DNA of 64,000 nucleotides from an uncultured Methanosarcinaceae archaeon (GTDB lineage Archaea; Halobacteriota; Methanosarcinia; Methanosarcinales; Methanosarcinaceae): contig CAVTET010000004.1 of NCBI GenBank assembly GCA_963733675.1, positions 448,001 to 512,000 of the forward strand, in the 5' to 3' direction. Position 1 is the first letter of the stretch; the number at the start of each line of letters is the position of its first letter. Both the position numbers and the translations under genes were made by a program. Shown piece after piece: positions 59,395 to 64,000 of the stretch. The notes beneath the pieces were generated by a model. It was not told the DNA's origin. It saw nothing but the letters and a program-made list of their open reading frames with translations, and made no database searches.

Positions 59395-60305
59395 GCTGAC
59401 ACCTCTTCTGTTTTATCTTCTTTGTAAGGCCCAAATTTTTCGCGAGATTCCTTTTCGATGTGCCAGTTCCAAATGCCTAAAACAACAACAATAAGAAAAC
59501 CTAGAATATTAGAAAGCCATCCCTCTCTAAGCCCTCTTGCAGGGTCGAAAACGATTAGGATCCAGATACCCAGGAATACGACCATCCCAAAAGCAACTCC
59601 TGTCATTGGTCCTCCGAACTTTGAACAGAACCAGAGGTTATCTATCCCATTCCTGAGGCCTGATTCACCTTTACGGACAATGTTTCCAGAGTTTGAAGCA
59701 TTCAAACCAGAACCAAATTCAGTCTGCTGGAACTGACGCTCTGAGCCTAAATGAACGTCACCTGTAGCCGATCCGACTGAGCCTACTACAACTCCCCATA
59801 GAAAGGACAATAATACAAACGGGAAAGGATGAGCTAGTGCATAGACCATTAGATACGAGACTACCTCAACACTGAAGGTAGTTAAAAACGCAAAGGCCAT
59901 GATCACTGGGGTGTGGGATCTTATCAGATCCAGATATATTGGTTGCTTAAATCTTGCCTGGCTAGCCTCTCTGCCCATGATTGCAGTTACTGAATAGCTT
60001 CCATGTACCATAGCTGCAATAAGGGCTCCTATAACCAGTGCAAAGAGAGGGGACATTCCAAAATGTTTTATTAATACAAGAGCTCCAGTAGCACCTATTG
60101 TGCACATCATTCCATTGGAGACCGGTTCCCCAGCAATAGCTTTATTATAATATCGATGTATGTAGCCCATCTGGGGTGCTAACTGAATTTGTGAATTAGC
60201 ATTACTCTGTGATCCTACATCGGATTCCAGGTCCTCTGAAGCACCTGCAATGGTAGCAGCGGCTCCAATAAGTGCGAGCACTCCCATGCTTATGAGTGGT
60301 TCCAT
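59391..60305 (-). CDS. mtrE: Mtr subunit E (divergent)
   Basis: EDLESDVGSQSN, QLAPQM, HPFP, TGDVH, FCSKFGGP. Confidence 0.97.
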   Translation of the reverse strand: MEPLISMGVLALIGAAATIAGASEDLESDVGSQSNANSQIQLAPQMGYIHRYYNKAIAGEPVSNGMMCTIGATGALVLIKHFGMSPLFALVIGALIAAMVHGSYSVTAIMGREASQARFKQPIYLDLIRSHTPVIMAFAFLTTFSVEVVSYLMVYALAHPFPFVLLSFLWGVVVGSVGSATGDVHLGSERQFQQTEFGSGLNASNSGNIVRKGESGLRNGIDNLWFCSKFGGPMTGVAFGMVVFLGIWILIVFDPARGLREGWLSNILGFLIVVVLGIWNWHIEKESREKFGPYKEDKTEEVSA

Positions 60306-60769
60306 TCATTTTCCTCCTTATATTATTACATGTAATAATCCGGATTGAAAAAACGTTGTATATTTTCTGAAGTTATTTGTCATTTTATGCAACGAAAAAT
60401 AACGAATGACAAACATTGAATTTTTGATTAGAGAGGATCATTCATAAACCTTTCGAAATTTGGGTGTATTTAAACGATTTTTATCAATTAATTTGATGCA
60501 TAATTCGTTATTTTTGAGGAGTTAATTCGGTTAAAATGAGCGAATCCGCATTTATATATTAAAAAATAAATTTAAATTTTATTAATATAATATAAAGATT
60601 CCGATTGTCATTCTTAACTATTACATTTATTTTTTCAAAATGTATATCTAATAATTTTATATAAATAAGCTTTTCTAGCATCGGTTTTTATATTAATTCT
60701 CGTTATAAATTATACATTATGCTAATTTTATCTAGTACTTCCAAATAAATGAAATGCGATTTTCTTATC

Positions 60770-60910
60770 TTAAATTTCTGCAGATGTACACAACAAGGCT
60801 ATCGATTTTCTCAATATGGCATTAGATTGAAAATTAATCTACCTTTCAATAAATAATGTTCAAAATGGGTAAATAAATTGTACAGCTATTTATATCTGCG
60901 AAAAATAAGA
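60770..60910. mobile_element. MITE family B copy, reverse orientation
   Basis: TTCTGCAGATGTACACAA ... TATATCTGCGAAAA; reverse complement matches 34316-34398. Confidence 0.62.
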
Positions 60911-61071
60911 TAACTTTATTATCTGATGATTACTAGAGTTAAATAGAAAATTTAGCATCTACGCCGAATTTTCAGTTTTCTAGACAAATTCTAGAATGTG
61001 CTACAGCAATCTATATTATCTAATGCATGAAACTTTCAATCAAGTACAGCTATTCGCACAGGTGTTAACTC

Positions 61072-61239
61072 ATGGCTAAAAAATCAGGCAATGGACTTCA
61101 GTCTTCTGCGGGGCTCATGCGCTACTATGAAGCTGACAAAAATGCAGTTCAAATTCAGCCCAAAGTAGTAATTATTGTCGGTGCAATTGTAGGCATAATA
61201 GTATTGTTTTTAGGTGCTCTAAATCACGGTTGGCCATAA
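61072..61239 (+). CDS. secG: Preprotein translocase subunit Sec61beta (55 aa, missed by the ORF track)
   Basis: MAKKSGNGLQSSAGLMRYYEADKNAVQIQP plus one TM helix; RBS AGGTG. Confidence 0.93.
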   Translation: MAKKSGNGLQSSAGLMRYYEADKNAVQIQPKVVIIVGAIVGIIVLFLGALNHGWP

Positions 61240-61849
61240 TTATCATTTTTCGGGCAGGTATCTTTTGAACAGGCATAATTCAGGAAAATGAGATAGCTAA
61301 AAACTTTTCTTCGAAAGGAATAGTTACTAAACCCATCGTTTTGCTTTTGGGTCTCTTCTTGCATACCGGTGGGTGTATTCGGAGTCTTGTAAAGTCTTTT
61401 AATTCTCCCTAAGCCGTATCTCCATGGAAGTTTTTGGTATCAAGTTCAGGATTTTATCTTTCTCATTTTGAAAAACGGTATTTTACAACTAGAAAATCGG
61501 GAACAAGTATGTTCATGAAAATCCATATACTTTTAGTTGCTGTCTTCTTAAAATGAAGGAGGCTAAATCAGGCTCTACGAAGATTCATGCACACTCTTCT
61601 TCTAAGGTCATAGTTTAGCTCCAGAAGCTGGGATCGGTAGTAAAGGATAGCATGATGACTTGGTTGTAGAAGTTTCAAAGTTGTGGTATACAATCCTGAA
61701 TGTTGATCAGCGCAAATATACGGCATAAATGCAAATAAAATATTGAGTTTTTGGACATATCTCTGCATCGATTTTGGCATATTTCTTCACATTTTTGGCT
61801 TTACTTGTTTTTTCGTTCTATCAAAATTTGTTTACAGATACCGGTATTT

Positions 61850-62650
61850 TTAGAGGAGAAGAGGAATTATCCCAAAAACAAAGACATTTATGAAGCCATG
61901 AATCATCGCAACCAGGGGAAGGCTGCGTGTTTTGTAAAACAGGTACCCTAAAAATATGCCCACAAAGGATGCGTACAAAACTTCACCAATGCTTCCATAT
62001 CCTGTATGCATAAGTCCAAATAAAATACTTGTAATTATCAAACCTGACCGATTACCAAGTGTTATCTGCAGCCTATTCTGAATGATTGATCTGTAAATTA
62101 TCTCTTCCACAAGGCCTACGAAAAAGATCATAACTATGCTGAGCATCAGGAGGTTAAAGGTTGAGAGGTTTGAAATTAGATAGTTTGTCTTGATTATTAG
62201 ATATTCTCCTCCTCCAAGAAGAAGGCCTACTAATATTGAAAATGGTGCATATAACCATATTTTCTTGAAGGTCATTCCGAGCTGTGTGCGAGTAAGTTCC
62301 TGATTGGTTGCTGCAATACTTACTGGAATTGCCAGGATACCGTATGTGAAAATAAAGGAATAAAGCGTTTTCTCATAATAAAGTGGCATTGAAAGGTTAA
62401 CTAGACGTAGGATCGGCAGGAGAATAAGAGATAGGTAGGTTTTCTGGATCTCCGTGTTTTTTACAAACATCATGGAAAAGGAGAGCCCTAGCAGGATCGC
62501 TGCATGTATTTCCAGGGCTTCTATCTTCATTCCCCAAAATATCAATATCTCTGCAAAGGCAATTGCTGCAACTGGTATTCCTATATAATACCATATGTTT
62601 TTAATCTTAACTGGGCTTTCCCTAAGATTACCAAATGTTTCCATTTTCAT
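61850..62650 (-). CDS. CPBP (CAAX/Abi) intramembrane metalloprotease
   Basis: EEIIYR, FGLMH, HGFIN motifs. Confidence 0.9.
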   Translation of the reverse strand: MKMETFGNLRESPVKIKNIWYYIGIPVAAIAFAEILIFWGMKIEALEIHAAILLGLSFSMMFVKNTEIQKTYLSLILLPILRLVNLSMPLYYEKTLYSFIFTYGILAIPVSIAATNQELTRTQLGMTFKKIWLYAPFSILVGLLLGGGEYLIIKTNYLISNLSTFNLLMLSIVMIFFVGLVEEIIYRSIIQNRLQITLGNRSGLIITSILFGLMHTGYGSIGEVLYASFVGIFLGYLFYKTRSLPLVAMIHGFINVFVFGIIPLLL

Positions 62651-63534
62651 ACTCTCTTTGATACATTTATCCAGAGGCGTAGATTTTTATAGGGTATTTT
62701 CTTCTCTGTTTCGTTGAAAAGCAGGAATTCGAGTTTCTGATTCTTTCCTTCAGTAAAAGGTGTAATCTTAAGTGGTTCTTCTATGGTCGTGTTATGGGCG
62801 AGCCTTATATTTTTCAGGTTTTTCTGAAAGGGTAAGGATTCGTTTTCAACCCTGACGTCCATTGTGTAATTCATTGTTTTGTACTCATCGTTCACTATCC
62901 CTATAATGTAGGTCCCGCTTTCACCTTGTACGTACTCTGTTGTATAATTTTCAGCCATCTTTTGAGGTCCGAGAATATAGAATTCCGTAAATGGCTCTCT
63001 TTCATGAGGTGTGAGGGTAACGTAAGTCAGAGTTCCAATCAGGACCAGGAAAGAAATGGCTAGAAATGTCCTGAGGATCTTCTCAGTTTTTGATTCAGAT
63101 TTTTCCGTAATTTTAGTCAGTAGGGTAAGAGCAGAAGTCCTCAAAGAAACTCCAAACATCCTGTTTTCGGGTAGTTCTCTCCGTCTTGAGTACGCTACTC
63201 CAGACATGAGTAGAGTAAATGCAGACAGGCTTGTAAGTAGGGGAATTTCCCTAATTCCCCAGGGTGTAAAGTTAATTACAAGCCCTATTAGAGGTACTAT
63301 CGCAACGCTTAGCCCGACTGAAAGAGCTATTCTTTCCATCCCTTCAAGTCCAGTTTCTTCTGGAAAAAGCACGGATATCAGAGAATATCCTGGAAGGAAA
63401 ATTAATAGGAATAAACCAAGAATAATACGGATGAAACTTTCGTTGAGTGGATAAACAAGTATGAAAATATTCGTAAGAATCACAAGGCCTGCTACAAACA
63501 GCAGGTCAGATGGAAACTTTTGGTTTCCGGCCAT
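62647..63534 (-). CDS. DUF1616 membrane protein
   Basis: FLPGY, ERIALSVGLS, FTEFYILG, LRLWIN; paralog of 51959-52876. Confidence 0.88.
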   Translation of the reverse strand: MAGNQKFPSDLLFVAGLVILTNIFILVYPLNESFIRIILGLFLLIFLPGYSLISVLFPEETGLEGMERIALSVGLSVAIVPLIGLVINFTPWGIREIPLLTSLSAFTLLMSGVAYSRRRELPENRMFGVSLRTSALTLLTKITEKSESKTEKILRTFLAISFLVLIGTLTYVTLTPHEREPFTEFYILGPQKMAENYTTEYVQGESGTYIIGIVNDEYKTMNYTMDVRVENESLPFQKNLKNIRLAHNTTIEEPLKITPFTEGKNQKLEFLLFNETEKKIPYKNLRLWINVSKRV

Positions 63535-64000
63535 ATAAATCCTCGTAAAGCTGTTTATTCGTTATTTAATTGCATAAAGTACCTATCTCCTTTCCTGCTT
63601 GCTATATCAAATACTTTTCCTTTTTTTCGATCTTCTTGAAATGTATTCTCAACCTTTCAATCGATTTTTTTATTTTCTTTTCAAATAAATTTTTTAGCCT
63701 GAGTTTGAAAGCTTTTAATTTTAATTGGATACCATGAAGAATTCATAACTAGTCAACCTACACAAAAATCAGTTCGTGAATATTTATTTTGATATAATAC
63801 ATGCTTCTGATTGCGGACTTATTAAATAATCCAAAACATTGTCAATAGCCGACAGTTGGATAAAATGAGGCCATCAAAATTGGCACATTTAATTTTGATA
63901 GATATAGTTATTGATATTGTTTTTCTTCGCTGAATGGTTACAAAAATTCGTTGGGTTTTTATATCAGTTTGATTTTTCCCCCCATTACTACCCCGCTTAA

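Overview
AT-rich Methanosarcina-like archaeal chromosome segment. Intact housekeeping and methanogenesis genes include mfnB, thioredoxin-ccdA, valS, mre11-rad50, a CDIN1-like nuclease, prs, nnr, a TrkA-DHH protein, initiator tRNA-Met, pyrG, mch, a U32 protein, methanogenesis marker 8, two-subunit fumarase, a GT4, the complete mtrEDCBAFGH operon, Sec61beta and DUF1616/CPBP genes. These sit among many pseudogenes (GT4, glycogen synthase-like, HAD, PLP decarboxylase, casposon-like PolB, HEAT, permease and methyltransferase fragments) and much mobile-element debris (three IS6 copies, an IS6 MITE, IS200/IS5/ISH3/ISNCY remnants and at least two dispersed palindromic MITE families). The two best leads are: (1) a divergent Mtr membrane arm in which both serines of the presumed MtrE Na+ site are Ala and a new intramembrane Glu appears, a candidate H+-coupled or Na+-independent Mtr; (2) a secreted protein built of about 55 Pro-phased hexapeptides, an elastin-like matrix candidate. 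Family assignments and reference motifs come from recalled sequence knowledge; no database searches were run.
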